DNA from: Candidatus Kapaibacterium sp. | Lineage (GTDB): Bacteria; Bacteroidota; Ignavibacteria; Kapaibacteriales; NICIL-2 | Assembly: GCA_026003495.1 (NCBI GenBank) | Contig: BPHK01000001.1 | Span: 940,579 to 1,004,578, forward strand | Direction: 5' to 3' | DNA: 64,000 nt | Shown here: positions 55,429 to 64,000 of the stretch, one piece after another | How the letters are laid out: each line of letters starts with the position of its first letter | Position numbering within the stretch: the stretch's first letter is position 1 | Notes under the pieces: generated by a model | Seen by the model: the letters and a program-made list of their open reading frames with translations, nothing else | Database searches by the model: none | What the model was told of the DNA's origin: nothing | Translations under genes and position numbers: made by a program

Positions 55429-56892
55429 AAGCACATCCATTTTGTCGGGATTGGTGGCATTGGCATGAGCGGCTTGGCAGAAGTCGTCCACGCGCGGGGC
55501 TTCTCTGTCAGTGGCTCTGACCTTGTCGCCTCGGAGAACACCGCGGCACTTTCTGCTCGCGGCATACGAATTGACCTTGGGCATGCAGCTGAACACGTCC
55601 GTGGTGCAGATCTTGTCGTGTATTCGAGTGCGGTCAATCCAGACACGAATCCTGAAACGCTCCAGGCACGGCAGCTTGGAATTCCGATCATTCGCCGAGC
55701 AGAACTTCTTGCACACGTCACACGGCTGGGCAAGTCGCTGGCAATTGCTGGTACCCATGGGAAAACAACGACGACATCGCTCTGCGGGTTAGTCCTCATC
55801 GCGGGGGGGTACGATCCTACCGTCATCGTCGGCGGCCGCTTGCATGATTTCGGCGGTTCGAATGCACGGATCGGCAGCGGCGAGTGGTTCGTGGTCGAAG
55901 CTGATGAGTACGACCGCTCGTTTCTGCAGCTGACCCCAACGGTTGCCGTCATCACGAACATCGAGCCAGAACACCTCGACGTTTACGATTCCTTCACCGC
56001 GATCGAAGAAGCATTCGAGGCATTTGCACGCAATGTCTCGCTGCTGGGAGCTTTGGTTGTATGCGGGGACGATCCTGGTTGCCAGCGTCTTGCGGCGCGG
56101 CTGCCGCACCGTGTAGTAACGTATGGTTTCGGTCAGCACTGCGCAATCTGCGCTGCAGATGTTCACACGACGGGGAGTGGGTCCATCGTGCGGGTGGTTC
56201 GCAATGGACAACCGCTCGGCGATCTACGGCTCAAGATTCCCGGCGAGCATAACATCGCCAATGCGCTTGCGGCTGTTGCGGTCGGTTTTGAGCTGGATAT
56301 TCCCTTTTCCGTCATTGCTGATGCGCTTGCAGAATTCGGGGGTGTGATCCGCCGTTTCCACATGCTCGGCGAATATGGCGGCGTTGTTGTGGTTGATGAC
56401 TACGCTCACCATCCAACGGAAATCCGTGCAACTCTCCGCGCAGCTCGGCAGCGCTTCCCAGAGCGGCGTATCGTTGCAGTCTTCCAGCCGCACACATACA
56501 CGCGTACGCGAGACTTTGCGTCGGCTTTTGCCGATGCACTCTCTCAAGCCGACATTGCGATGATCACTGATGTCTATGCAGCGCGAGAGGCACCGATCGA
56601 GGGTATCAGCGGAAGAACGATCCTCGAGCAACAGATTGCACCAGCAGAACGGCTCCGCTCGTCGGAAACGATTGCTACCGTTCCAGTGCATCCTAGCCTG
56701 CGCGGTGATGGTAGAGCGAGCACTGGGAGGGCGGAGTTTCTCTATGCACCCACACTCGACGATGTCAAGCACCATCTGGGCAGAATTCTCCAGCCTGGCG
56801 ATGTCCTCCTTACGATGGGAGCTGGCAACATCGTCCAGATTGCCCAGTGGTTTTGCCAAGCAGGAACCGACTCCAGGAGGGCCGCCGACTAA
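55429..56892 (+). CDS. murC: UDP-N-acetylmuramate--L-alanine ligase
   Basis: Track ORF 55246 trimmed to MKHIHFVGIGGIGMSGLAEV; Mur ligase central P-loop region IAGTHGKTTTTS. Confidence 0.9.
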   Translation, partial: KHIHFVGIGGIGMSGLAEVVHARGFSVSGSDLVASENTAALSARGIRIDLGHAAEHVRGADLVVYSSAVNPDTNPETLQARQLGIPIIRRAELLAHVTRLGKSLAIAGTHGKTTTTSLCGLVLIAGGYDPTVIVGGRLHDFGGSNARIGSGEWFVVEADEYDRSFLQLTPTVAVITNIEPEHLDVYDSFTAIEEAFEAFARNVSLLGALVVCGDDPGCQRLAARLPHRVVTYGFGQHCAICAADVHTTGSGSIVRVVRNGQPLGDLRLKIPGEHNIANALAAVAVGFELDIPFSVIADALAEFGGVIRRFHMLGEYGGVVVVDDYAHHPTEIRATLRAARQRFPERRIVAVFQPHTYTRTRDFASAFADALSQADIAMITDVYAAREAPIEGISGRTILEQQIAPAERLRSSETIATVPVHPSLRGDGRASTGRAEFLYAPTLDDVKHHLGRILQPGDVLLTMGAGNIVQIAQWFCQAGTDSRRAAD

Positions 56893-56936
56893 TTTTGCGT
56901 CTTGTTTGCAGTTTGTTGCATTACTCTGACGAGAAA

Positions 56937-59003
56937 CGAATGCGGATCTTCCAGTGGCTGCTGATCCTTGTGTGTGTTGCTCATACCCTTGTTGCGCAGC
57001 CTTCTCGTGGCGCCAAAGCCAAACGCTCTTCGTCCGTTGCTCCTGCGTCCACGACTATCCTCGCTCGCATCGGGCCGGAGGTCGTTACCTACGAAGACAT
57101 CGAGACGACCTATCTGCGCAATGCGAATCGTCCGCACAAATCCCTGATGGATATGCCACGCGATACCGTGCTCGAGTTTTTGCGGCTCTACACGAATTAC
57201 CGCCTCAAGGTGCTCGATGCAATTGCACGTGGCTACGACAAGGACTCAGCAGTCCTCTCCGAGGTGGCTGCCAATCGCCGCTTAGTAGCGGAGACGTTCC
57301 TCTACGAAAAGCGCATTGTCGAGCCAAACGTTGAACAAGCACTGCAACGCAGAGCTTACGAGCTCAAGCCAGCAGTCATCGTCGTTACGATCCCACAAGG
57401 AGACAATGCGGATACGACTGCAGCCTATACCAAAGCGATGGCATGCTTACGTCTGGTGCAAAGCGGCGCTTCGTTTGAACAGGTTGCACGCGATTCCTCC
57501 GATGATAAAGAGACCGGACGCAACGGTGGGGTATTACCGTACATCACTGCACTCTCCGGTGTGATCCGCCCGTTGGAGGATGCAGCCTATGCGCTCGAGC
57601 CAGGGCAGGTCTATCCGCATCCAGTGCGGGCGCGGTTTGTGTACGTGCTTGTCAAACTACTCGATAAGCGCCTGCGCGAGATGGTTCGGGTTCGGCATAT
57701 CCTCCTTGTGCCCCAGCAAGGAGAAGACTCGCTTGCTGTGGAGCGTCGTGCTGACAGCTTGCTTCACGCGTTACAGGGGGCACCAGTTGAGCGCTTTGCC
57801 GAGGCAGCGCGACAGCTTTCGAGCGATAAATCGAGTGCTGCGGGTGGCGGGCTACTTGGCAATGGTGCATTCTACTGCCGCTCGCTTGGATTTGAAAGCG
57901 ACAACCGCCGCCTTCTGCCGCAATTCGAGGATGTGCTCTTTTCGCTCCGTGATGGGCAGGTTGGCATTGCGCGCACAGTCTATGGGGTGCACATCATCCG
58001 TCGCGATTCGACAAAACCATATCACCCCGATGACGAGCGCGATGCAGTACGCCGTCTCTACCGACGCTACAACTTCGAGGACGACAAGCGCGCGTTCCTC
58101 GACGGAGAGAAAAAACGCGCGGGATGGTCGTTGCGTGAAAATGTCTTCGCTGCCCTGCTCGCCGCTGTCAATCCAGCCAAGAGCACACGCGATAGTGCGT
58201 GGGATGCTGGGATTGGCAACAATCTGCGCACGGAGGTGCTCTACTCGTTCGGCTCGCGAGGTGGAATGACTGTTGGCGCGTTTATTGACTCACTCAAGAA
58301 ACATCGGCAGCCCTACACGCTCAATCGGCAGGGTTTGGAGGCAGCGATCAACAAAATCACAGACCCTATGATCATAGCCGAACTCACTGCAACGCTCGAA
58401 CAGCAATACCCACAATTTGCTCGGCTTGTGCGTGAATTTCGCGACGGCATTCTGCTCTTCAAGGTCGAGGACCAAGAGGTTTGGTCGAAGCTGAAATTCG
58501 ACACCGCACTCGCACGCGCGTACTACGACTCGACTGCCTCGCGGTACAAGACTGAGCTTGCCTACGACGTGAGTGAAATCTACGTGTTCAGCGATAGCGT
58601 GGCAAAGGAACTTGCTGAGAAAGCCAAGCAAACACGTTCGCAGAGTGAGTTCGAAGCGCTTGCCGAGCAGTACACCCAGCGCGCTGGCTATCGCGAAAAG
58701 AAAGGTCACTGGGGCAAGCAATCGGTGAAAAGCTCAGCGCTCGCCAAGCTCGTTGCAGCCAACCAGCCAGAGGAGGGGAAAGTGATCGGCCCTCTTTCGT
58801 TCGAAAACGGCTACAGTATCCTCCGTGTCAACGCGATCTATCCGCCCCGGCAGAAAACATTCGAGGAAGCAATTCCGGACATTGCTTCTGCGGTGCAAGA
58901 AATCAAACAGCGGCAGCTGACCGAGCAGTGGCTCGAGCAGCTCAAGAAAAAGTTTCCCGTGCGCTACGAGATGGCGACCATCAACAAGCTTTTCCGCCGG
59001 TGA
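56937..59003 (+). CDS. periplasmic peptidyl-prolyl cis-trans isomerase (SurA/PpiD-like chaperone, parvulin domains)
   Basis: ORF 56847 trimmed to MRIFQWLLILVCVAHTLVAQ (signal peptide); SurA-like N-domain plus rotamase region; about 688 aa. Confidence 0.7.
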   Translation, partial: RMRIFQWLLILVCVAHTLVAQPSRGAKAKRSSSVAPASTTILARIGPEVVTYEDIETTYLRNANRPHKSLMDMPRDTVLEFLRLYTNYRLKVLDAIARGYDKDSAVLSEVAANRRLVAETFLYEKRIVEPNVEQALQRRAYELKPAVIVVTIPQGDNADTTAAYTKAMACLRLVQSGASFEQVARDSSDDKETGRNGGVLPYITALSGVIRPLEDAAYALEPGQVYPHPVRARFVYVLVKLLDKRLREMVRVRHILLVPQQGEDSLAVERRADSLLHALQGAPVERFAEAARQLSSDKSSAAGGGLLGNGAFYCRSLGFESDNRRLLPQFEDVLFSLRDGQVGIARTVYGVHIIRRDSTKPYHPDDERDAVRRLYRRYNFEDDKRAFLDGEKKRAGWSLRENVFAALLAAVNPAKSTRDSAWDAGIGNNLRTEVLYSFGSRGGMTVGAFIDSLKKHRQPYTLNRQGLEAAINKITDPMIIAELTATLEQQYPQFARLVREFRDGILLFKVEDQEVWSKLKFDTALARAYYDSTASRYKTELAYDVSEIYVFSDSVAKELAEKAKQTRSQSEFEALAEQYTQRAGYREKKGHWGKQSVKSSALAKLVAANQPEEGKVIGPLSFENGYSILRVNAIYPPRQKTFEEAIPDIASAVQEIKQRQLTEQWLEQLKKKFPVRYEMATINKLFRR

Positions 59004-60275
59004 TGCGTCTGGTATTGCTGGTGTGGATCTGCACGGCTATTGCGGGAGCGCAGCAGCTTGCGCTCCGCGAGGGCGATGTGCTTGACCGCATCGAGGCAAT
59101 TGCTGGCGATCAACCCATCCTCAAAAGCGAAGTGGATGCGCAGCTTCTCCTGCTGGCTCAGCAGAATCCATCGCTCAAAGTTGACGATCCTGAGCTGCGC
59201 AAACGTGTGATTGATGCACTCATCAACGAGCGCCTGCTCTACGTACAGGCGCAGCTCGATAGCATCACCGTCAGCGATGAAGAAGTCAATGCGCAGCTCG
59301 ATGCAACAATCGCACAGCTCATCCGCCAAGCAGGCTCACAAGAGCGCCTGGAGAACCTTTACCAAATGCCGATGTGGAAAATCCGCCGTGATGGGCGAGA
59401 AGAAATTCGCAAGCGGCTCATCGTCCAACGCTACCAGCAATCAAGTCAGTCCACGCGAGGTCGAACAGTTCTACGAGCGCTACAAGGATTCGCTCCCCGT
59501 CATCGGCAAGCAGTACGAGCTCTACCACATTGTCCGCTACGTCCAGCCGACGCACGATGCCCGGCAAGCAGCCTACGAGCGTGCACGAGCAATTCGCGAT
59601 TCCATTCTGGCAGGAGCAGACTTTTGCCAGCTTGTAGCGCGCAATTCTGAAGATCCCAACACCCGTGCATCCTGCGGCGATCTCGGCATGCGCAACTGCA
59701 ACGACTTTGTTCCTGAGTTCTGTTCGGCGTGCAAAAAGCTTCAAACCAACGAAGTGTCCATGCCAATCGAGACACCCTTTGGATTCCACGTTGTGCGCAT
59801 GCTCGATCGCACGCTCGAACAGATTCACGTCCAGCACATTCTCATCGGCATTCCACGGGGAGAGAGCGACCGCGAACGAGTGCGCGCTGAACTTGTGCGT
59901 CTTCGGGAGCAGATCCTCGGAGGGAAGCTCTCGTTCGAAGATGCAGCGCGTCAGTACTCCGAGGAGCAAGATACGCGAGGATTTGGTGGCGCGCTCGGTA
60001 AGCTTGCTGCTGCGTCGCTAGAGCCTTCGATGGCGCAGCTCCTTGATTCCCTCGCCGATGGAGCGATCACCGAACCGCTGCCCTACTCGACCAATCCAAC
60101 AAAGCAGGGGTACCACATCCTCTGGAAGAAACGGACGATACCGCCCCACAAACCATCGCTCGAGACAGATTACAAAGAGCTTGAAAATTTTGCGCTCACG
60201 ATGAAGCAGCAGCAGCTCTATGACCGTTTGGTCGCGACACTCCGTGAGCAATTGCACTGGGAAATCCTTCGCTGA
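59003..60275 (+). pseudogene. SurA-like chaperone/PPIase with two parvulin domains, interrupted by a +1 frameshift near 59441
   Basis: The ATG overlaps the upstream stop (TGATG). Frame A gives a SurA N-domain (VLDRIEAIAGDQPILKSEVDAQL...EEIRKRLIVQRYQQ) and then nonsense. Frame B (track ORF 59211..60275) continues QVSPREVEQFYERYKD... with two parvulin cores (GDLGMRN...FVPEF...FGFHVVRM; GGALGKL...GYHILWK). Confidence 0.7.
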
Positions 60276-60309
60276 TGGGGAAGCGATGCTCGTATTTTTG
60301 CGCTGCGCT

Positions 60310-60398
<89 letters not shown>

Positions 60399-60408
60399 CC
60401 GAGCACTT

Positions 60409-60492
60409 GCCCGGATGGCGGAATTGGCAGACGCGCTACATTCAGGGTGTAGTGTCCGTAAGGACGTGCAGGTTCGACTCCTGTTCCGGGCA
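60409..60492 (+). tRNA. tRNA-Leu (anticodon CAG), class II
   Basis: Acceptor GCCCGGA/TCCGGGC, anticodon stem-loop CTACA-TTCAGGG-TGTAG, long variable arm, T-arm GCAGG-TTCGACT-CCTGT, discriminator A; 10 nt after tRNA-Ser. Confidence 0.85.
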
Positions 60493-61581
60493 CTTGTGCT
60501 GGTGGCAGCGATGCTGCTGCCACTGCAAGCGCAGCAAGTGCAGCGATTGCCCCAAGCGACACTCTCCACAAGCACAGCACGGGAGCGAGCGGACTATTTC
60601 GCCAAGCAGAGTGTGTGGGATTCTGCTGAAGCATACTACCAACTCTGGACACAGGCGAACCCCCGTGATACGACGGCATGGGTCGCACTGGCCCGTCTCC
60701 TGGCGCGTCGAGGAGAGCGTGACGCAGCACTTGCGGCGCTAGCTAGTGCAGCGCGTGCAGGGATAGCATACCGCACTTTGATCGAAAGTGACTCAATCCT
60801 GGCACCGCTTCTCCGAACTGCACGCGGACGGGAGATTGTCCAGCGCATGACAAGCAATGCTGCTGAACAGGCGGAATACCCAGCGCGATTTGCGCGCCAG
60901 CAGCGCATCGGACGGTACCGCGTCCTCTATCCACCTGGCTACGATTCACTCCAGCGCTACCCACTGGTGCTTCTGCTCCACGGGAACGGCAATGAACCGG
61001 TGATGATGCTGCGCTGGGCGAAAGCTCTTGGCCTTCGGCGGGCAATTATCGTTTGCCCCGAAGCGCCGTACGTCAAAGTAGCCGAAACGATTGCCCAAGG
61101 ACGACTCCGCTTGTCGGCAGCAGGCGAAGACTTAGCAGCTCCCGATACGCTCAATCCCATGATTACGGACTTGTCAGCGCAGTGGTATGTGGACGTCCTC
61201 GATGATGCCCTGCAATCACTGCCGATTGAGCGCTCGATATTGCCAGTGGTCGTCGGATTTTCGCAAGGAGGTTTCTACGCCCAAGTGCTTGCCACACGGT
61301 TTCCAGAACGCTTTCGGGCTGCTGTCTTGCTTGCACCGAGCTACTACCACTGGGGTGGCATCGCGCAGCGGCTTGTCAATCTTGTTCGCTATGGTGTGGA
61401 AGTACTCCATGTTCACGGTCGGAACGATCCCATCGTTCCGATTCAAACTGCGCAGCTCATCAGCGATCTCTACCGTCGGGCACAGGTCAGTTACACACTG
61501 ATCGAATTCGATGGCGACCATTGGATCCCCGACGACCTTGCGCGGAGCATAGGCGAATGGATTGCGCAGCGGTTGCACTAA
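60493..61581 (+). CDS. secreted alpha/beta hydrolase (phospholipase/carboxylesterase-type esterase) with N-terminal TPR-like segment
   Basis: Track ORF 60220..61581 spans both tRNAs, so the start is reassigned to GTG 60493 (or ATG 60508) for a signal-peptide-like N-terminus (VLVAAMLLPLQAQQ); esterase core LVLLLHGNGNE...VVVGFSQGGFYA...HGRNDPIVP...DGDHW (Ser-Asp-His). Confidence 0.7.
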   Translation, partial: LVLVAAMLLPLQAQQVQRLPQATLSTSTARERADYFAKQSVWDSAEAYYQLWTQANPRDTTAWVALARLLARRGERDAALAALASAARAGIAYRTLIESDSILAPLLRTARGREIVQRMTSNAAEQAEYPARFARQQRIGRYRVLYPPGYDSLQRYPLVLLLHGNGNEPVMMLRWAKALGLRRAIIVCPEAPYVKVAETIAQGRLRLSAAGEDLAAPDTLNPMITDLSAQWYVDVLDDALQSLPIERSILPVVVGFSQGGFYAQVLATRFPERFRAAVLLAPSYYHWGGIAQRLVNLVRYGVEVLHVHGRNDPIVPIQTAQLISDLYRRAQVSYTLIEFDGDHWIPDDLARSIGEWIAQRLH

Positions 61582-61645
61582 GCCATGGCAAAAATTTTCC
61601 ACCGCTGCGTTCGTTTGCGCATTTGAACTATCTGGTGACTTGGCG

Positions 61646-62857
61646 ATGCAGCGATACCTTTTGCTTTTCGTGGCAGTGGCATCCCTCGTGCTTGGCATTG
61701 CCGCCAGCTGCAATGCCCGCCGCTCTTCGGAGGCACCGCTTTACGTCGAAGCTCCATCGGGTCAATCGCAAGCGGCTGCAGCCAACGCGGCGATCAGTGC
61801 AACGCGGAAAACCGTCATCACGGAAGTTGCAGCGCGCTGCTCTCCGGCAATCGTTGGCATCAACGTCATCGAAGAACGGGAAGTGGTCGCCAATCCCTTC
61901 GGCGATATGTTTATGGACGATCCGTTTTTCCGCTACTTCTTTCGTGGTTTCCCGGAGTTTCGGCAGCGGCAGCAGATCCGATCGCTTGGCTCTGGATTTC
62001 TCATCTCTCCCGATGGCTACATCGTCACCAACGACCACGTTGCCGGTAGGGCTACGAAAATCATTGTCACTACTGTCGGCGGGAAAAAGTACGACGCCGA
62101 AATCATTGGCAGCGATCCGGTCACTGACGTTGCACTGCTGAAGATCAAGGGGGAGAATTTCCCGTACCTGCGGCTGGGGAACTCCGATGATGTCGCCGTC
62201 GGGGAATGGGCGATTGCGTTCGGCAATCCCTTTGGGTTGTTCGATCGAAATGCCAAGCCGACGGTAACGCTCGGCGTTGTCAGTAACGTTGGAGTGAATT
62301 TAGTCGAGCCTGCGCAGTATGTCCCCAATGGCAAGCGCATCTATCGCGGGATGATCCAAACCGATGCTGCGATCAGCTCTGGAAATTCCGGAGGGCCACT
62401 GGTTAATGCCGAAGGAAATGTCATCGGCGTCAACACGATCATTTTCTCAACGGCAACTTCGTACCAAGGGGCCGGCTCGATTGGGATTGGCTTTGCCATC
62501 CCGATCAACCGAGTCAAGCGCATTGTGTCGCTCCTTCGGGAGGGCAAGCAGCTCGACCGCAATTTCTACACGGGGCTGACGGTGGACTTTCTCAACGACA
62601 ACTACCGACGCATTTCGAAGACAACGCAAGACGAAGGCATCATCGTTACCCAGGTGCTCCGAGGCTCACCAGCAGAAAAAGCGGGGATCGAACCTTACGA
62701 CGTAATCGTCGAAATTGACGGCATGCCGATCCACTCGCGCGATGATCTCGACGTTGCGATCAACGACGGCGTCGTTGGGCAGCGTCTGCAAATCACCGTC
62801 GAGCGTGACGGCAAGCGGCTTACCAAGTCGCTGGTCTTAGAGCGTCGTTCACGCTGA
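61646..62857 (+). CDS. htrA: periplasmic serine endoprotease DegP/HtrA family (trypsin-like + PDZ)
   Basis: ORF 61562 trimmed to [22 protein letters not shown]; catalytic region [34 protein letters not shown]; C-terminal PDZ. Confidence 0.85.
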   Translation: MQRYLLLFVAVASLVLGIAASCNARRSSEAPLYVEAPSGQSQAAAANAAISATRKTVITEVAARCSPAIVGINVIEEREVVANPFGDMFMDDPFFRYFFRGFPEFRQRQQIRSLGSGFLISPDGYIVTNDHVAGRATKIIVTTVGGKKYDAEIIGSDPVTDVALLKIKGENFPYLRLGNSDDVAVGEWAIAFGNPFGLFDRNAKPTVTLGVVSNVGVNLVEPAQYVPNGKRIYRGMIQTDAAISSGNSGGPLVNAEGNVIGVNTIIFSTATSYQGAGSIGIGFAIPINRVKRIVSLLREGKQLDRNFYTGLTVDFLNDNYRRISKTTQDEGIIVTQVLRGSPAEKAGIEPYDVIVEIDGMPIHSRDDLDVAINDGVVGQRLQITVERDGKRLTKSLVLERRSR

Positions 62858-62865
62858 GCGTTGCC

Positions 62866-63615
62866 ATGGATACCCCGAGCATCCTCCAAGCGCACAACTT
62901 GGTCAAAGTGTACAAGAAACGTACCGTCGTCCGGCAGGCAAGCTACAGTCTTCGCCAGGGGGAATGCGTAGGACTTCTCGGACCGAATGGCGCAGGAAAG
63001 ACGACCTCGTTCTACATGATCGTCGGGATGGTGCGCCCCGATGGCGGTCGTGTGCTGCTCGATGGGAAGGACATAACCTACGCACCGATGTACAAACGTG
63101 CGCGTATGGGGATTGCGTACTTGCCGCAGGAAGCTTCGATCTTCCGTAGACTGACGGTCGAGCAGAACATCATGGCAGTGCTCGAGCTACAACCGATCTC
63201 GCGGGCGGAGCGCCGGCAGCGGCTCGACCGCTTGCTCGATGAATTTGGCATCGCGCACATTCGCAAAAGCAAAGGCTACATGCTCTCCGGCGGTGAGCGG
63301 CGCCGAACAGAGATTGCACGGGCGCTGGCTGCCAATCCGCGATTTGTCTTGCTCGATGAACCGTTCGCCGGGATTGATCCAATTGCTGTCGAGGATTTGA
63401 TGACGATGGTTCGCCGATTGAAAGAGCGGAACATCGGTGTGCTCATTACCGACCACAACGTGCACGAAACGCTCTCGATTACCGACCGGGCGTATATCCT
63501 AATCGAAGGGCGCGTCTTCTGTGCAGGTACACCAGAGGAGATCGCCGACAATCCCGACGTTCGGCGGCTCTACTTGGGGCAGCACTTTACGCTCGAGCGC
63601 TACGCCGAAGGATGA
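62866..63615 (+). CDS. lptB: LPS export ABC transporter ATP-binding protein
   Basis: 249 aa; Walker [10 protein letters not shown]; signature [15 protein letters not shown]; Walker [11 protein letters not shown]. Confidence 0.9.
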   Translation: MDTPSILQAHNLVKVYKKRTVVRQASYSLRQGECVGLLGPNGAGKTTSFYMIVGMVRPDGGRVLLDGKDITYAPMYKRARMGIAYLPQEASIFRRLTVEQNIMAVLELQPISRAERRQRLDRLLDEFGIAHIRKSKGYMLSGGERRRTEIARALAANPRFVLLDEPFAGIDPIAVEDLMTMVRRLKERNIGVLITDHNVHETLSITDRAYILIEGRVFCAGTPEEIADNPDVRRLYLGQHFTLERYAEG

Positions 63616-64000
63616 AAGGGCAGCATCCGCCGAAGTAGTGTGCCATCGCTACGGCGAATGATGCCAAGCACTACTGCCGAACCTGTAGCACCAAGGATCA
63701 CAACGGCTCCTTGTACGGTCCAGGCTGACTGCTGCAGAGCAAATGCAATTGCGCCACCTGCAATCAACGACCAGAGTGTCAGCCGAACAAGCATCCGTGC
63801 CAACGCAACAATTCCACTGCGCGCAAAGAGCCAGGATGCGCATCCAATAGCCAATATGTGCGAAGCCGCCTTCGCCAAGACGATCCCCTCGGCGCCACAT
63901 ACTCTAACCAACCACCAATCAAAGAGCAACGAACCGAGTGCAAGCATTGCGACCGCAGCAGTAGCGATGCGGTATTGCTCGAGCAACGTTCCAAGATGCT
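63600..64000 (-). CDS. polytopic membrane protein, C-terminal part (flippase / MATE-like?); N-terminus beyond the window
   Basis: ORF 63600..63986 is all TM helices; the track start at 63986 is a TTG and the frame stays open to position 64000, so the gene probably continues off-window. Confidence 0.35.
   Translation of the reverse strand, partial: HLGTLLEQYRIATAAVAMLALGSLLFDWWLVRVCGAEGIVLAKAASHILAIGCASWLFARSGIVALARMLVRLTLWSLIAGGAIAFALQQSAWTVQGAVVILGATGSAVVLGIIRRSDGTLLRRMLPFHPSA

Noticed and set aside
59440-59650. C-terminal 70 aa of ORF 58928..59650 (SSQSTRGRTVLRALQGFAPRHRQ...)
   Set aside because: Arg/Ala-rich nonsense produced by the frameshift in the surA-like gene; the conserved sequence continues in the 59211 frame.

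Overview
This is a high-GC (~60%) bacterial chromosomal segment, densely packed and mostly housekeeping. Three secreted proteins carry C-terminal type IX secretion (T9SS) sorting domains, and one has lamin-tail domains, which points to a Bacteroidota / Rhodothermaeota-like (FCB-group) organism. Recognisable genes: ribE, a GAF protein, ligA, a secreted tandem amidohydrolase, purB, tsaB, a Cys/Met PLP enzyme, yitT, gyrA, trxB, an MFS transporter, tRNA-Pro, glutamine-dependent nadE, a NarL-type response regulator, split transketolase, a DUF4139 protein, tsaD, plsY-gpsA, xseBA, ispF, a sensor kinase, ruvX, a GWxTD protein, mutL, murC, two SurA-like PPIases, tRNA-Ser and tRNA-Leu, an esterase, htrA and lptB. 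The main accessory content is a six-gene, translationally coupled carotenoid operon (crtB, crtI, an alpha/beta hydrolase, a GT2 glycosyltransferase, a crtD-like desaturase, a cruF-like hydratase). The embedded alpha/beta hydrolase with a GSCSG elbow may be a carotenoid-glycoside acyltransferase or esterase. A decayed locus downstream of the orphan response regulator holds a surface-protein pseudogene remnant and a truncated histidine-kinase-like protein lacking the canonical phospho-acceptor His. There is a C-terminal clpB fragment, and three genes (clpB fragment, plsY, surA-like) each carry a single-nucleotide +1 frameshift. A minus-strand gene running off the left edge (positions 1..1131) is absent from the ORF track and was recovered by manual translation. 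No CRISPR array, integrase, transposase or prophage was seen.
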